Positions 1-10,193 are shown, numbered from the stretch's first letter. The stretch: 64,000 nt of DNA from an uncultured Candidatus Saccharibacteria bacterium (GCA_964467225.1 CAYXPQ010000001.1:6812-70811), one strand, 5' to 3'. Translations and numbers: made by a program. Notes: generated from the sequence alone by a model not told the origin.

Positions 1-648
1 TTACCAGGAATAGTACAAACACAGACAAATGATAAAGGTTATACATTTTTAGACGGATTGAGATCGGCCCTTAGACAAGATCCAGATATAATAATGGTCG
101 GTGAGATCCGAGACAGTGAGACAGCTGCTATTGCTATTAATTCATCACTCACTGGGCACTTGGTTTTCTCTACATTACACACAAATAGCGCAGCTGGTGC
201 TTTCCCCCGCCTTATAGACCTAGGCATAAATTCCAAAATCATGAGTTCTGCAATAAATATTGTATTGGCTCAAAGATTGGTTAGAAAATTATGTGAACAC
301 TGCAAAAAACCTTTGGCTATTGAAGGAAATGTAAAAACAGAAATAGATTCAGTACTTGCGACTATCTTTGATAAAAACGAAATACCTCCAATGCCAGCAA
401 ATGTTTTTGAAGCAAATGGTTGTGAGAAATGCAATCAAACAGGATACAAAGGCAGAATTGGAATTTATGAAGGAATAAAAATGAGCCCTGAGGTAAATAA
501 TGTTATTGAAATGAATCCAAGTGAAGATGAGGTAGATAAAGCTTCTGCAAATCAAGGAATACTGACAATGAAACAAGATGGTATAATAAAAATATTGAAA
601 GGAATAACATCTATAGATGAATTAGAGAGAGTTATAACAGTAGAATAA
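1..648 (+). CDS. Type II secretion/type IV pilus assembly ATPase (GspE/PilB family), C-terminal fragment; gene starts upstream of window
   Basis: Frame 1 is open from base 1. Conserved GspE C-terminus ([24 protein letters not shown]). Tetracysteine zinc motif CEHC...CEKC is present. Paralogous to 50358..52106. Confidence 0.85.
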   Translation, partial: LPGIVQTQTNDKGYTFLDGLRSALRQDPDIIMVGEIRDSETAAIAINSSLTGHLVFSTLHTNSAAGAFPRLIDLGINSKIMSSAINIVLAQRLVRKLCEHCKKPLAIEGNVKTEIDSVLATIFDKNEIPPMPANVFEANGCEKCNQTGYKGRIGIYEGIKMSPEVNNVIEMNPSEDEVDKASANQGILTMKQDGIIKILKGITSIDELERVITVE

Positions 649-950
649 AGTTAGGAAGCACAAAAAATCATGTGTCAATTGAAAATTTATTAAATGGGAG
701 TAAGATTAATAGAAGAAAGAGATGAAAAGTGAGAAGAGAATCAGGTGCATGAATCTCTAAACAATACTTTCAATGCGATCACCAAAAGTTAAACGTAGTC
801 TCAAGGATAATCCCAGTGCTACACACTGGGTGAAGACCAGAATGTCCTCAAAACTACATCAGATAGGCTGATTAAACAGTCTATATTGTTTAGAGATTTA
901 TGAATCTGATACCGTTGGAACTAATGGAAGCTTAGCATACATTAATAATT

Positions 951-1958
951 ATGTCAAGTGATACAAATAACTCAAATCAAGACCCAGTTAAAGAGACTGG
1001 GTATCTAGACCAAACACTACGCCCTTCTAAGTGGAGAGATTATATTGGTCAAAAATCCATCAAAGACAATCTCCATATACTTTTGACCGCTGCACAAGAA
1101 AGAAAACACCCTCCTGAACACATTTTGTTCTATGGACCACCAGGACTAGGTAAGACTACCCTCGCCCATTTGATTGCAAAAGAGACAGGAGCTCAAATGA
1201 AAGTTACTTCTGGCCCCGCAATACTTAAAGTTGGAGATCTTGCATCTATTCTTACAAATCTTTCACATGGAGATATTCTTTTTGTTGACGAAATTCATCG
1301 ACTCAACAAATCAATTGAAGAAATACTCTATCCTGCTATGGAAAGCGGCACTTTGGATATTATTATAGGCAAAGGTCCTTCTGCTAGAACTATTCAACTC
1401 GAACTTCCATCATTTACACTTATAGCTGCAACAACAAGAATAGCTATGATATCCTCCCCACTCAGATCTAGATTCTCTGGTGGTGTATTTAAGCTTGAAT
1501 TCTATACTGAAGATGAAATAGGTGAAATAATAATAAGATCATCTAAAATATTGGATATAGATATTCATGATGATGCTACTAGAGCAATTGCGGAGAGAAG
1601 TAGATTTACCCCTAGAACAGCAAATTATTTTTTAAAAAGATGCCGTGATTATGCTCAAATAGAAAAAACTCAATTAACAAAGGAGATCGTTCACAAAGCA
1701 CTGGAAATGTTGGGCGTTGATGACTTAGGCCTTAATTCAGCTGACAGAGATATTTTAAAAACAATAATTGATAAATTCAATGGTGGGCCCGTAGGTCTTA
1801 ACACTATTTCTGCTGCCCTATCCGAAGAACAAGCAACAATAGAAGAGGTCTATGAACCCTATCTCATCCAACTAGGTTTGCTTGAAAGAACACCAAAAGG
1901 TAGAATAGCGACTGAAAAAGCATTTAATCACCTAAAGATTAAATCAAATAAATTATAA
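951..1958 (+). CDS. ruvB: Holliday junction branch migration helicase RuvB
   Basis: Walker A GPPGLGKTTLA and RuvB N/C domain signature; 335 aa. Confidence 0.95.
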   Translation: MSSDTNNSNQDPVKETGYLDQTLRPSKWRDYIGQKSIKDNLHILLTAAQERKHPPEHILFYGPPGLGKTTLAHLIAKETGAQMKVTSGPAILKVGDLASILTNLSHGDILFVDEIHRLNKSIEEILYPAMESGTLDIIIGKGPSARTIQLELPSFTLIAATTRIAMISSPLRSRFSGGVFKLEFYTEDEIGEIIIRSSKILDIDIHDDATRAIAERSRFTPRTANYFLKRCRDYAQIEKTQLTKEIVHKALEMLGVDDLGLNSADRDILKTIIDKFNGGPVGLNTISAALSEEQATIEEVYEPYLIQLGLLERTPKGRIATEKAFNHLKIKSNKL

Positions 1959-1974
1959 TAATATAATCAAAATT

Positions 1975-2505
1975 ATGGCTGGACATAATAAATTTTCAAA
2001 AATTAAGCACCAAAAAGCAGCAAATGATGCAAAAAAGAGTAAGGTTTTTGGTAAATTAGTAAGATTCATTACAGTAGAAGCAAAAAAGGCTGGTGGAAAC
2101 TTGAGATCTCCTGGCCTTTCACTTGCTATTGAAAAAGCAAAGAAAGAAAATATGCCAAACGACACAATCGAAAGAGCTATCAAAAAAGCTACTACAGATA
2201 ATTCTGCTGCCATGGAGAACATTACTTATGAATCTTATGGTCCAGGAGGTGTAGCAATATTAGTAGAAACACTTACCGATAACAGAAATAAAGCAGCTCA
2301 AGAAGTTAAAGCTATACTTGCACGACACGGATCAGAATTAGCATCTCCTGGTAGTGCATCTTGGGCATTTACAAAAGGTTCAGAAGGTATGGTTGCTTCT
2401 ACTACTATCCCCCTCGAAGATGCAGATATAGAGAAACTTCAACTATTAGTCGAAGAACTTGAAGAGAATGATGAGGTTCAAGAAGTTTTTACTAATGCTG
2501 AGTAA
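1975..2505 (+). CDS. yebC: YebC/PmpR family transcriptional regulator, short form with internal deletion
   Basis: N-terminus MAGHNKFSKIKHQKAA... and C-terminus ...DEVQEVFTNAE match YebC. Only 176 aa versus ~240 typical. Confidence 0.85.
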   Translation: MAGHNKFSKIKHQKAANDAKKSKVFGKLVRFITVEAKKAGGNLRSPGLSLAIEKAKKENMPNDTIERAIKKATTDNSAAMENITYESYGPGGVAILVETLTDNRNKAAQEVKAILARHGSELASPGSASWAFTKGSEGMVASTTIPLEDADIEKLQLLVEELEENDEVQEVFTNAE

Positions 2506-2507
2506 AA

Positions 2508-2978
2508 ATGATAATACTTGGAATTGATCCGGGTTATGATCGAGTTGGGATAGCCGTGATAGAAAACAGATCACTATTATATTCAGAGTGTCTTTTAACA
2601 TCACAAAAAGATGATTTTTATACTAGACTTAAAAACATTGGTTTGAGAATAAGGGAAATAATCGAGCAATATTCCCCACAAATTCTAGCCATTGAATCTC
2701 TGTTTATAACCAAAAATCACAAAACGGCTATGAAAGTTGCAGAGGCCAGAGGTGTAATATCTTATGAGGCCAGAATTGCAGGAATGAATATCTATGAATT
2801 CAGTCCACCACAAATAAAGGTTGCAGTTACTGGACATGGGAGTAGCGATAAATCACAAATAATAAAAATGATTCCCTTGTTAATAAAAATGAAACACAAA
2901 AAGGCTTTAGATGATGAGTATGATGCTATAGCTGTAGCTATCACCTGCCAAGCCTATTTGGCATCAAAATTGAGATAA
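2508..2978 (+). CDS. ruvC: Crossover junction endodeoxyribonuclease RuvC
   Basis: MIILGIDPGYDRVGIAVIE RNase H-like fold motif. Sits in ruvB-yebC-ruvC context. Confidence 0.93.
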   Translation: MIILGIDPGYDRVGIAVIENRSLLYSECLLTSQKDDFYTRLKNIGLRIREIIEQYSPQILAIESLFITKNHKTAMKVAEARGVISYEARIAGMNIYEFSPPQIKVAVTGHGSSDKSQIIKMIPLLIKMKHKKALDDEYDAIAVAITCQAYLASKLR

Positions 2979-2980
2979 CT

Positions 2981-2989
2981 TTATCCACA
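2981..2989 (+). promoter_or_regulatory. Perfect DnaA box TTATCCACA
   Basis: Exact 9-mer match immediately after the ruvC stop, upstream of the small acidic ORF. Confidence 0.5.
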
Positions 2990-3072
2990 ATACAATTGAT
3001 TTGCAAAATTTTTGTACTTTTGTTACAAATATTAAATCTAAAAATAATTATTCACGAAATTTAGATAAAAAT

Positions 3073-3276
3073 ATGCCAAAAGAAAAAAAAATTGATACAA
3101 AAGCTAAAAAAGGTTCAGTGAATGAAGTTGAAGAAAAAGAAATAATGCTTGATGATGAGGAAAAAGTCATAGACACAGATTCCTCTATTCCTGAAGATGT
3201 GTTCGAGGACGAAGAGGATGATGGTTTATTAGATGAAGATGAAGTGGATCCATTTAAAGATAAGTGGGAAGAGTAA
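3073..3276 (+). CDS. Small highly acidic hypothetical protein
   Basis: ORF with internal start MPKEKK. C-terminal D/E-rich tail. Followed by a terminator hairpin. Confidence 0.5.
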   Translation: MPKEKKIDTKAKKGSVNEVEEKEIMLDDEEKVIDTDSSIPEDVFEDEEDDGLLDEDEVDPFKDKWEE

Positions 3277-3292
3277 ATTGTGTAGCAATTAG

Positions 3293-3316
3293 CCTCAGCG
3301 CAGTCATGCGCTGAGC
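3293..3316. terminator. Bidirectional rho-independent terminator hairpin (ctcagcgc-agtcat-gcgctgag) with T-rich tail
   Basis: 8-bp GC stem followed by ttttaat repeats. Lies between the convergent acidic ORF and tyrS. Confidence 0.6.
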
Positions 3317-3323
3317 TTTGCTT

Positions 3324-4541
3324 TTAATTTTTAATTTTAATTTTAGCAAACCTCTTTTTACCTATTCTTAGAACACAATCTGTCTCTGCTTTAATATTGA
3401 AATCCTTAATCACTTCATCAGTTCCTGCATAAGTTATTGCATTACTTTCGATTAATCTTCTCCAGTCTGAATTAGAAACAACAATTCCCGTCTCAACCAA
3501 TGAATCTCTTATACTTGAACCTTTTGATAATTCAATTTCCATTATATCTTTTGGCACTTCCCCTTTTGAAAAAGCTGTGTCGAAATTATCTTGAGCTTTA
3601 TTAGCCTCTTCTTCTGAGAAATAAATTTTTACTAGGTTGTATGCTAATTTCATCTTTATATTTTTTGGATTTTCTCCATTTTCAAGTAAATTCTTGTATT
3701 CATTAATAGTGTCTACAGGAACACGAGTAACTAAATTAAAATATTTAATAATAAGGCTATCATGTAGCGACATAACCTTGCCATAAATATCGTTGGCGTT
3801 ATCTAATAAATTTATTGTATTTCCCCAACTTGAACTCATTTTTCTTCCATCCAAGCCCTCGATAAGTGGATTTGTAATAATATCTTGTGGAGGCTGATTG
3901 TAGTGTCTTTGCATTTCCCTACCAGCAAGAAGATTAAATTTTTGATCTGTTCCTCCTATTTCTATATCAGACTTTATAGCAACAGAATCATAGCCTTGCA
4001 TTAGAGGATAGATTAATTCTCGAAGAGAAACTCTCTTGCCGCTATCTAAACGTTTTTTGATATTTTCTCTAGAAATAAAATCACTTAATGAAAATATATT
4101 GGCCTGTTCACTAACTTCATTATAACTAAGCTTACTTAGCCATTTGCTATTGTAATGAATTTCAGCCTTTTCTATATCAATAACCTTTGATGCTTGTTTT
4201 ACATAATTTTTTAGATTTTCCTTAACCTGATCTTCAGTAAGCATTGGTCTTTCGCTATCTTTGTCAGAGGTGTCTCCAATAACAGCTGTATAATCACCAA
4301 TAATTAAAATAATTTTGTGTCCAAGATCTTGAAAATCTTTTAATTTAAGTAGTGGTATTGATCTACCTAAATGTATATTAGGGCTTGTGGGGTCAATACC
4401 TAATTTTATTCTTAATTGTTTGCCACTTTTTAATTTTTCTTCAAGGCTTTTTCTCTCAATTATCTCTTCTACACCTCTTGAAAGAACTTCTTCTATATCT
4501 TTTTCTTCAGTATTGATTTTTATTTTATTTGTTCCAAACAT
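3324..4541 (-). CDS. tyrS: Tyrosyl-tRNA synthetase
   Basis: Class I motifs: HLGRSIP (HIGH-like) and KMSSS (KMSKS). C-terminal S4-like domain. Start taken at MFGTNK. Confidence 0.9.
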   Translation of the reverse strand: MFGTNKIKINTEEKDIEEVLSRGVEEIIERKSLEEKLKSGKQLRIKLGIDPTSPNIHLGRSIPLLKLKDFQDLGHKIILIIGDYTAVIGDTSDKDSERPMLTEDQVKENLKNYVKQASKVIDIEKAEIHYNSKWLSKLSYNEVSEQANIFSLSDFISRENIKKRLDSGKRVSLRELIYPLMQGYDSVAIKSDIEIGGTDQKFNLLAGREMQRHYNQPPQDIITNPLIEGLDGRKMSSSWGNTINLLDNANDIYGKVMSLHDSLIIKYFNLVTRVPVDTINEYKNLLENGENPKNIKMKLAYNLVKIYFSEEEANKAQDNFDTAFSKGEVPKDIMEIELSKGSSIRDSLVETGIVVSNSDWRRLIESNAITYAGTDEVIKDFNIKAETDCVLRIGKKRFAKIKIKN

Positions 4542-4585
4542 AATATGTACTATGTAATGTACCATATTTATGATAAAATTTCGAA

Positions 4586-7126
4586 ATGTCTAGAAAAAAG
4601 CGATTTTTTAACACGTTTGCGTGGAAATTGCTCAAACCTCTAATTACCCTGACAATTTCTGTGAGTCTAATAGCAACAAGTGTTGCTATCTTGTGGTTTT
4701 CAACATTACAAATACCTGATTTGAGTGCATTTGAAGCCAGAAAGGTTAGTCAGTCTACAAAAATATTTGATCGAACTGGAGAAATACTCCTATATGATAT
4801 ACATAATGACTCAAAAAGAACTGTAGTGGCTTTTGAGGATATTTCAAAGAATATTAAAAATGCTACTGTCGCTATCGAAGATGTAGAGTTCTATCAACAT
4901 ATTGGAATAAAACCAACAGCTATTATTAGAGCTGTTGTAGCCAACCTAACTCCCGGATCAGGATTAACTCAAGGAGGGTCAACAATTACTCAACAAGTTA
5001 TTAAAAATGCAGTCCTAACCAAAGACAAAACCATAACCAGAAAACTAAAAGAATGGATTTTGGCCATAAAAATAGAAAAGGTTTTGAGTAAAGATCAAAT
5101 TTTGAATACATACTTAAATGAGAGTCCATATGGTGGAAGTATTTATGGTGTAGAAGAGGCAAGTAAAACTTTTTTTGGTAAATCTTCAAAAGATGTAACT
5201 TTAGCAGAAGCTGCTTATCTTGGAGCAATACCACAAGCCCCTACCTTCTATTCTCCATATGGTCCAAACAAAGAAAGACTTGATGCCCGACAAAAATTAG
5301 TTCTTTCAAAAATGAAAGAGAATAATTTTATTACGGCCGATGAGTATAATGAGGCATTAAAAGAAAAAGTTAAATTCTTAGAAAAAAGCACAACTGGAAT
5401 ACGAGCTCCCCATTTTTCATTATTTGTAAAAGAACAATTAATAAACAAATACGGTGAAAGTGCTGTAGAAGAAGGTGGTTTGAAAGTTATCACAACATTG
5501 AACTATGATTATCAAGAAAAGGCAGAGAAAGTAATAAGTAACTTCGCCCCTACTCTTGCTTCATCATACAATGCAAGCAATACAGCAATGGTAGCTATTG
5601 ATCCCAAGACAGGAGATATTCTTGCCTTAGTTGGTTCAAGAAATTATTTTGATAAAGAAATTCAAGGAAATTTCAATATTGTCACCGCACATAGACAACC
5701 CGGATCAACTTTCAAACCTTTCGTATATGCTACTGCTTTTATGAAAGGTTATACACCTGAAACCGTTCTTTTTGATGTAAAAACTGAATTCTCTACACAA
5801 TGTACTGTTGAAGGAAAATTAAAAGATGAGAATGATAAGGTAAACAAATGTTATTCTCCAGAAAATTATGACATGCTATATGAAGGTCCCATAACAATAA
5901 GAAAGGCTTTAGCTAGATCTAGAAACATCCCAGCTGTTAAAGCTTTATACTTGTCAGGGGTGAAAGATTCTATAGAAACTGCTGAGGCTATGGGAATAAC
6001 TAGTCTCAAAGATCCCAATAGATATGGATTAACATTAGTACTTGGAGGTGGTGAAGTTTCCCTTCTCGAACTGACAAGTGCTTATGGAGTATTTGCAAAT
6101 GACGGAATTAGAAATCCATATAGATCAATACTAAGGATTGAAGATTCGAAAGGAAATGTTGTGGAAGATTTTAAAACTAATCCAGTTCAAGCAATACCAT
6201 CACAACCAGCAAGACAAATAAATGATATTCTTTCAGATCCCAAAGTCATGACTGATAGCTTAAAACCTATTGTAAGCAATCTTAATAGACAAGTGGCGGT
6301 AAAAACAGGAACAACCAATGACTATCGAGATGTATGGATTGAAGGATATACTCCAAATATTGTAGTTGGGGCTTGGGCAGGCAAAAATGATAATACACCA
6401 ATGGACAGAAAAGTCGCAGGACTTATCATTACTCCTGTTTGGGGAGCTTTCATGACAGAAATAAACAAATCATTAGAAAAAGAAACATTTAAAAACCCTG
6501 AGCCAGATACACAAGATATTAAACCTATATTAAGAGGAATATGGAAAGGTGGTGTCACTTATAAAATAGATGGTATTTCAAAAAAACTTGCAACTGATCT
6601 GACACCGCAAGAGTTACAACAAGAGATTATTTTACCTAGTGTACATAGTATTTTACACTGGGTAGACAAATCAAATCCAAACGGTGAAATTCCAAAGGAT
6701 CCAAAACAAGATTCACAATATGAATATTGGGAATATGGTGTGCGAAAATGGTTTGATGAATGGGTAATTAACAATCCTGGCTTTACAGAAACCACAAATA
6801 TAGGAATTCCAACAGAAACAGATGATGTACATACATTGGAAAATTCACCAAAAATAGTTATAACTTCTCCAAAAAACGGAGATGTGGTGTCCTCAAGATC
6901 AAAAGTGAATGTCCAAATAAGTTATAGTGGCAAATACCCAATCAAAAAATCTGAGTTATATATAAACAATAAATACATTTCAACCAGCGAAAGAATTCCT
7001 AATCTATTAACTTTCATACCTCAAGATATTGGTATCACGCAAGACAAAATTATAATAAAAGTTGTTACTTTTGATGCTGTATTGAATAGAGTTGAAGCAA
7101 CAATAGATATAAACGTGTCTAATTAA
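4586..7126 (+). CDS. Penicillin-binding protein 1A family (bifunctional glycosyltransferase/transpeptidase)
   Basis: N-terminal TM. GT51 motifs (EDxxFYxHxG, TITQQV). Transpeptidase STFKP and KTGTT motifs. Long C-terminal extension. Confidence 0.9.
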   Translation: MSRKKRFFNTFAWKLLKPLITLTISVSLIATSVAILWFSTLQIPDLSAFEARKVSQSTKIFDRTGEILLYDIHNDSKRTVVAFEDISKNIKNATVAIEDVEFYQHIGIKPTAIIRAVVANLTPGSGLTQGGSTITQQVIKNAVLTKDKTITRKLKEWILAIKIEKVLSKDQILNTYLNESPYGGSIYGVEEASKTFFGKSSKDVTLAEAAYLGAIPQAPTFYSPYGPNKERLDARQKLVLSKMKENNFITADEYNEALKEKVKFLEKSTTGIRAPHFSLFVKEQLINKYGESAVEEGGLKVITTLNYDYQEKAEKVISNFAPTLASSYNASNTAMVAIDPKTGDILALVGSRNYFDKEIQGNFNIVTAHRQPGSTFKPFVYATAFMKGYTPETVLFDVKTEFSTQCTVEGKLKDENDKVNKCYSPENYDMLYEGPITIRKALARSRNIPAVKALYLSGVKDSIETAEAMGITSLKDPNRYGLTLVLGGGEVSLLELTSAYGVFANDGIRNPYRSILRIEDSKGNVVEDFKTNPVQAIPSQPARQINDILSDPKVMTDSLKPIVSNLNRQVAVKTGTTNDYRDVWIEGYTPNIVVGAWAGKNDNTPMDRKVAGLIITPVWGAFMTEINKSLEKETFKNPEPDTQDIKPILRGIWKGGVTYKIDGISKKLATDLTPQELQQEIILPSVHSILHWVDKSNPNGEIPKDPKQDSQYEYWEYGVRKWFDEWVINNPGFTETTNIGIPTETDDVHTLENSPKIVITSPKNGDVVSSRSKVNVQISYSGKYPIKKSELYINNKYISTSERIPNLLTFIPQDIGITQDKIIIKVVTFDAVLNRVEATIDINVSN

Positions 7127-7376
7127 TATCCTTAATAATTAAATTAGGTATTTTATTTATTATAAACTTAATTATTTTTTGTTTATTAATATAAATCTGG
7201 TTTTTTTCTACCGAATTTAATTTCAGTTTAATACCATTCGAGCTAAAGGAAATACTCTCAACTGGAACCATTACTCCTGCTTCCCTCTTTATTATTTCGG
7301 ATATAATTGTTCTTTTTTGTATTTCTTTTAATGCAGTATTATTAAATTTATCAAAAAATGTTTTAACTAACTTCAT
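7119..7376 (-). CDS. Small conserved hypothetical protein downstream of dnaN (possible S4-like/DUF721-type)
   Basis: 85-aa ORF tightly packed after dnaN on the same strand. No recognisable motif. Confidence 0.4.
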   Translation of the reverse strand: MKLVKTFFDKFNNTALKEIQKRTIISEIIKREAGVMVPVESISFSSNGIKLKLNSVEKNQIYINKQKIIKFIINKIPNLIIKDIN

Positions 7377-7377
7377 A

Positions 7378-8484
7378 TTATCTATTCATTGGCATAACAA
7401 GATATCTAAATGATATATCAGAAACAGGAGTTATTATCATTGGTCTATTTAAGCCATTAAAATGTAAAGTTACACTGTCAGAATCAATAGATTGGAAACA
7501 GTCGATAATATATTTATAGTTAAAATTGATTTCTACTGATTCTCCATTTATTACACAATCCAAAATAGACAAATTCTCTCCTACATCGTTATTTTTGGTT
7601 CTAATTTCACATTTCTTGGAACTTATATCGACTTTAAAGTTAACTTGATTAAACTTATCAGAGAAGATATTTGATAATTTAAGGCTATTAACTAGATCCT
7701 GTTTAAGTATTATTACTTCAGTAGTATTTGATTTTGGAATAATCTGCTTATAATCAGGAAATACACCATCAATGACTCTAGAAATTAAATACACCCCATT
7801 ATAACTAAACGATATTTGATTTTTATCCAAATTAACTTCAATATCATCATTTATTTCTTCTAGCACCCTAATTATTTCTGAAATATTTTTGAATGGGATC
7901 AAAATCTGGCCAAATTCTTTGCTCTTTTTGATCTTTATTCTCTTCTCGGCTAGTCTAAATGAATCTGTGGCAACAAAAACCACAAAATCACCGTCACAAA
8001 AAACACAAACACTAGATAATTCTGGCTTAATACTAGATACAGAAGAGCTATACCAAACTGATTTTAATCCTTTTGCAAAATCTGAGCCATTAATTAAAAA
8101 AGAATTACTAGAATCTATTCTCGGAATAGTTGGGAAATCCTCTGAAGGTATAGTCTTTATTATTCCAGAACTGCGCAAGGTGATGACTTTTATATTGTTT
8201 TGATCAGTTACTAGCTTAACACCCTTTTCATCTTCTATAAGACCAGAAATAAAAGAATTTAATATTTGAGCTGGAACCGCGAAGACACCTTCTTCTTCTA
8301 TCTTTGCAGGAATACTAACTTCAATACCTAAATCTATATTTGTAGATTTGAGAGTTAGAATATTCTTCTGAGTTGCATCTAATAGTAAACAAGATAGTAC
8401 AGGTAAGGTCATATGCTTACCTGCAATTTTTTCTGTTATACCCACTGCTCTCTTTAATTTGTCTTGTGAACATTCTATCTTCAT
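7378..8484 (-). CDS. dnaN: DNA polymerase III beta sliding clamp
   Basis: 368 aa with three-domain beta-clamp pattern. Immediately downstream of dnaA. Confidence 0.93.
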   Translation of the reverse strand: MKIECSQDKLKRAVGITEKIAGKHMTLPVLSCLLLDATQKNILTLKSTNIDLGIEVSIPAKIEEEGVFAVPAQILNSFISGLIEDEKGVKLVTDQNNIKVITLRSSGIIKTIPSEDFPTIPRIDSSNSFLINGSDFAKGLKSVWYSSSVSSIKPELSSVCVFCDGDFVVFVATDSFRLAEKRIKIKKSKEFGQILIPFKNISEIIRVLEEINDDIEVNLDKNQISFSYNGVYLISRVIDGVFPDYKQIIPKSNTTEVIILKQDLVNSLKLSNIFSDKFNQVNFKVDISSKKCEIRTKNNDVGENLSILDCVINGESVEINFNYKYIIDCFQSIDSDSVTLHFNGLNRPMIITPVSDISFRYLVMPMNR

Positions 8485-8712
8485 ATTTGTTTTTATTTAT
8501 ATTTAAATACTTATTGTTATTATTAGGGCTGTGAGTATGGTGATAACTCAATTATATCATTATTTTTAGCCATATTATTCTTCTATAACTGTGTATTACT
8601 TTCTAATAATTTCTAACAACTAATTTTTATATACATACTTATCCTAACTTTTTCAAATTAATCCACATTCATTGATATCTTGTTAACAGACTTATACACA
8701 ATCTTATCCACA
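8485..8712. promoter_or_regulatory. Candidate oriC: AT-rich dnaA-dnaN spacer with clustered DnaA boxes
   Basis: Perfect TTATCCACA at 8704-8712. Near-matches TAATCCACA (~8663), TTATACACA (~8690) and TTATCCTAA (~8639). Long AT-rich tract at 8485-8630 could serve as a DNA unwinding element. Confidence 0.65.
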
Positions 8713-10059
8713 TCACATCATGGCTCGGATTTGTGATATTTCACTCATAAGTAAAGAGTTTGTTTTTAAATCCTCTTTAATCTTCTCACATGAGTGAATT
8801 ACGGTGGTATGGTCTCGACCTCCCATTTTCTCCCCTATTGAAGGGAAGGAAATATTGAAATCTTCACGAAGAATGTACATAATAACTTGTCTTGGTTTAA
8901 CAACCTCCTTCTTTCTAGTTTTTTCGAATATTATATCTTCACTAACATTATAAAAATCAGTAATTAATTTGATAACATCCTTAACTGAAATGTTCTTTTT
9001 GGGTTTTGTACTATTTTTTACTAAATTTTTAATTTCATTTAATGAAAGAGGGCGGTTTTTGAGTTGAGTCTGGCAAACCACTGCATTTATAGTTCCTTCC
9101 AATTCTCTAACATTACTTTCAATACTTGCAGCAAGAAAATCTAATACATCTGGACTTAGTTCTATATTGTTAGCCAAGCTCTTAGCTCTCAATATGGCGG
9201 TTCTGGATTCATGATCTGGGGCTGGTATATCAATTATCATTCCAGCACCGAATCTAGACTTTAGTCTGTCTTCTAGTCCAGGTATGTAATTGGGGTGTTT
9301 ATCAGAGGAAAATACTAATTGTCTGTTGGTGTTATAGAACGTTTCGAATAAATGGAATAATTCTTCCTGGAACTTCTCTTTGCTTGCGAAGAATTGAATA
9401 TCGTCCATAATAATAACATCATATTTTCTATACTTCTCTTTGAATTTTTGAGTAGTGTTGTTTTGTAAAGATGAGAAATATTCAGATCCGAATCTTTCTG
9501 ATGTAAGGTAAAACACCTTTTTTTGAGGAAAGTCCTTTTTTATATGATTCCCTATTGCTTGGATAAGGTGTGTTTTTCCGTGTCCAGTATTTCCGTATAT
9601 AAAAAGTGGATTATATGTAGATCCAGGACTTTTTATTACAGCTTTGGAGGCAGCATGCGCCAACTCATTGAATGGCCCAACAACAAATGAGTCAAAAACA
9701 TATCTAGGGTTAAGATTGTCTTCTTTGTTTATATAGAAATCCTGTAAAGGCATGGAAATTGTGGGGCTAAATTGTTGAGGTTTCTTCTCTGCAAGTTTTC
9801 TTTTATCAGATTCTTTGATAATTACATATTCTAATGCTCTAATACTTTCATTTAATTGTCTCAAAACCTTAAGTATTGTGTTGTGGAATTTCTTATACAA
9901 CCATTGTTGTATAAAAGGATTTGGAACACCAAGATAGACTATTCCCTCCTCACTCTTTACTATACAAGTGTCATTGAACCAGGTAGAAAAGTTGGCTTGT
10001 GATACAGCCTGCTCAATATCTATTAATGCGCGATTCCATAATTCAACATGATCCTTCAT
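8713..10059 (-). CDS. dnaA: Chromosomal replication initiator DnaA
   Basis: Walker A GNTGHGKTHL, AAA+ domain and C-terminal DNA-binding domain. Start chosen at MKDHVELW. Confidence 0.95.
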   Translation of the reverse strand: MKDHVELWNRALIDIEQAVSQANFSTWFNDTCIVKSEEGIVYLGVPNPFIQQWLYKKFHNTILKVLRQLNESIRALEYVIIKESDKRKLAEKKPQQFSPTISMPLQDFYINKEDNLNPRYVFDSFVVGPFNELAHAASKAVIKSPGSTYNPLFIYGNTGHGKTHLIQAIGNHIKKDFPQKKVFYLTSERFGSEYFSSLQNNTTQKFKEKYRKYDVIIMDDIQFFASKEKFQEELFHLFETFYNTNRQLVFSSDKHPNYIPGLEDRLKSRFGAGMIIDIPAPDHESRTAILRAKSLANNIELSPDVLDFLAASIESNVRELEGTINAVVCQTQLKNRPLSLNEIKNLVKNSTKPKKNISVKDVIKLITDFYNVSEDIIFEKTRKKEVVKPRQVIMYILREDFNISFPSIGEKMGGRDHTTVIHSCEKIKEDLKTNSLLMSEISQIRAMM

Positions 10060-10193
10060 GACAATAAGTATATACCTGTTTATAAAATATAAAACTTGTG
10101 GAATAGATAAAATTATGTTGATAAGTTGTGGAGAACACAAAATTTTATTCCAATCTTGAAATTTTAAATTATGTAATGTATAGTAGAATAACT

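Noticed and set aside
3317-3345. ttttaat x3 tandem repeat
   Set aside because: This is the T-rich tail of the bidirectional terminator between convergent genes, not a meaningful repeat element.
7889-8203. 104-aa ORF antisense within dnaN
   Set aside because: It lies fully inside the well-supported dnaN CDS on the opposite strand. Likely spurious.
10128-10193. Long N-terminal extension of rpmH ORF ([22 protein letters not shown])
   Set aside because: L34 is a conserved ~45-aa protein beginning MxxTxQP. The extension overlaps the dnaA promoter and DnaA-box region, so the start was reset to 10194.
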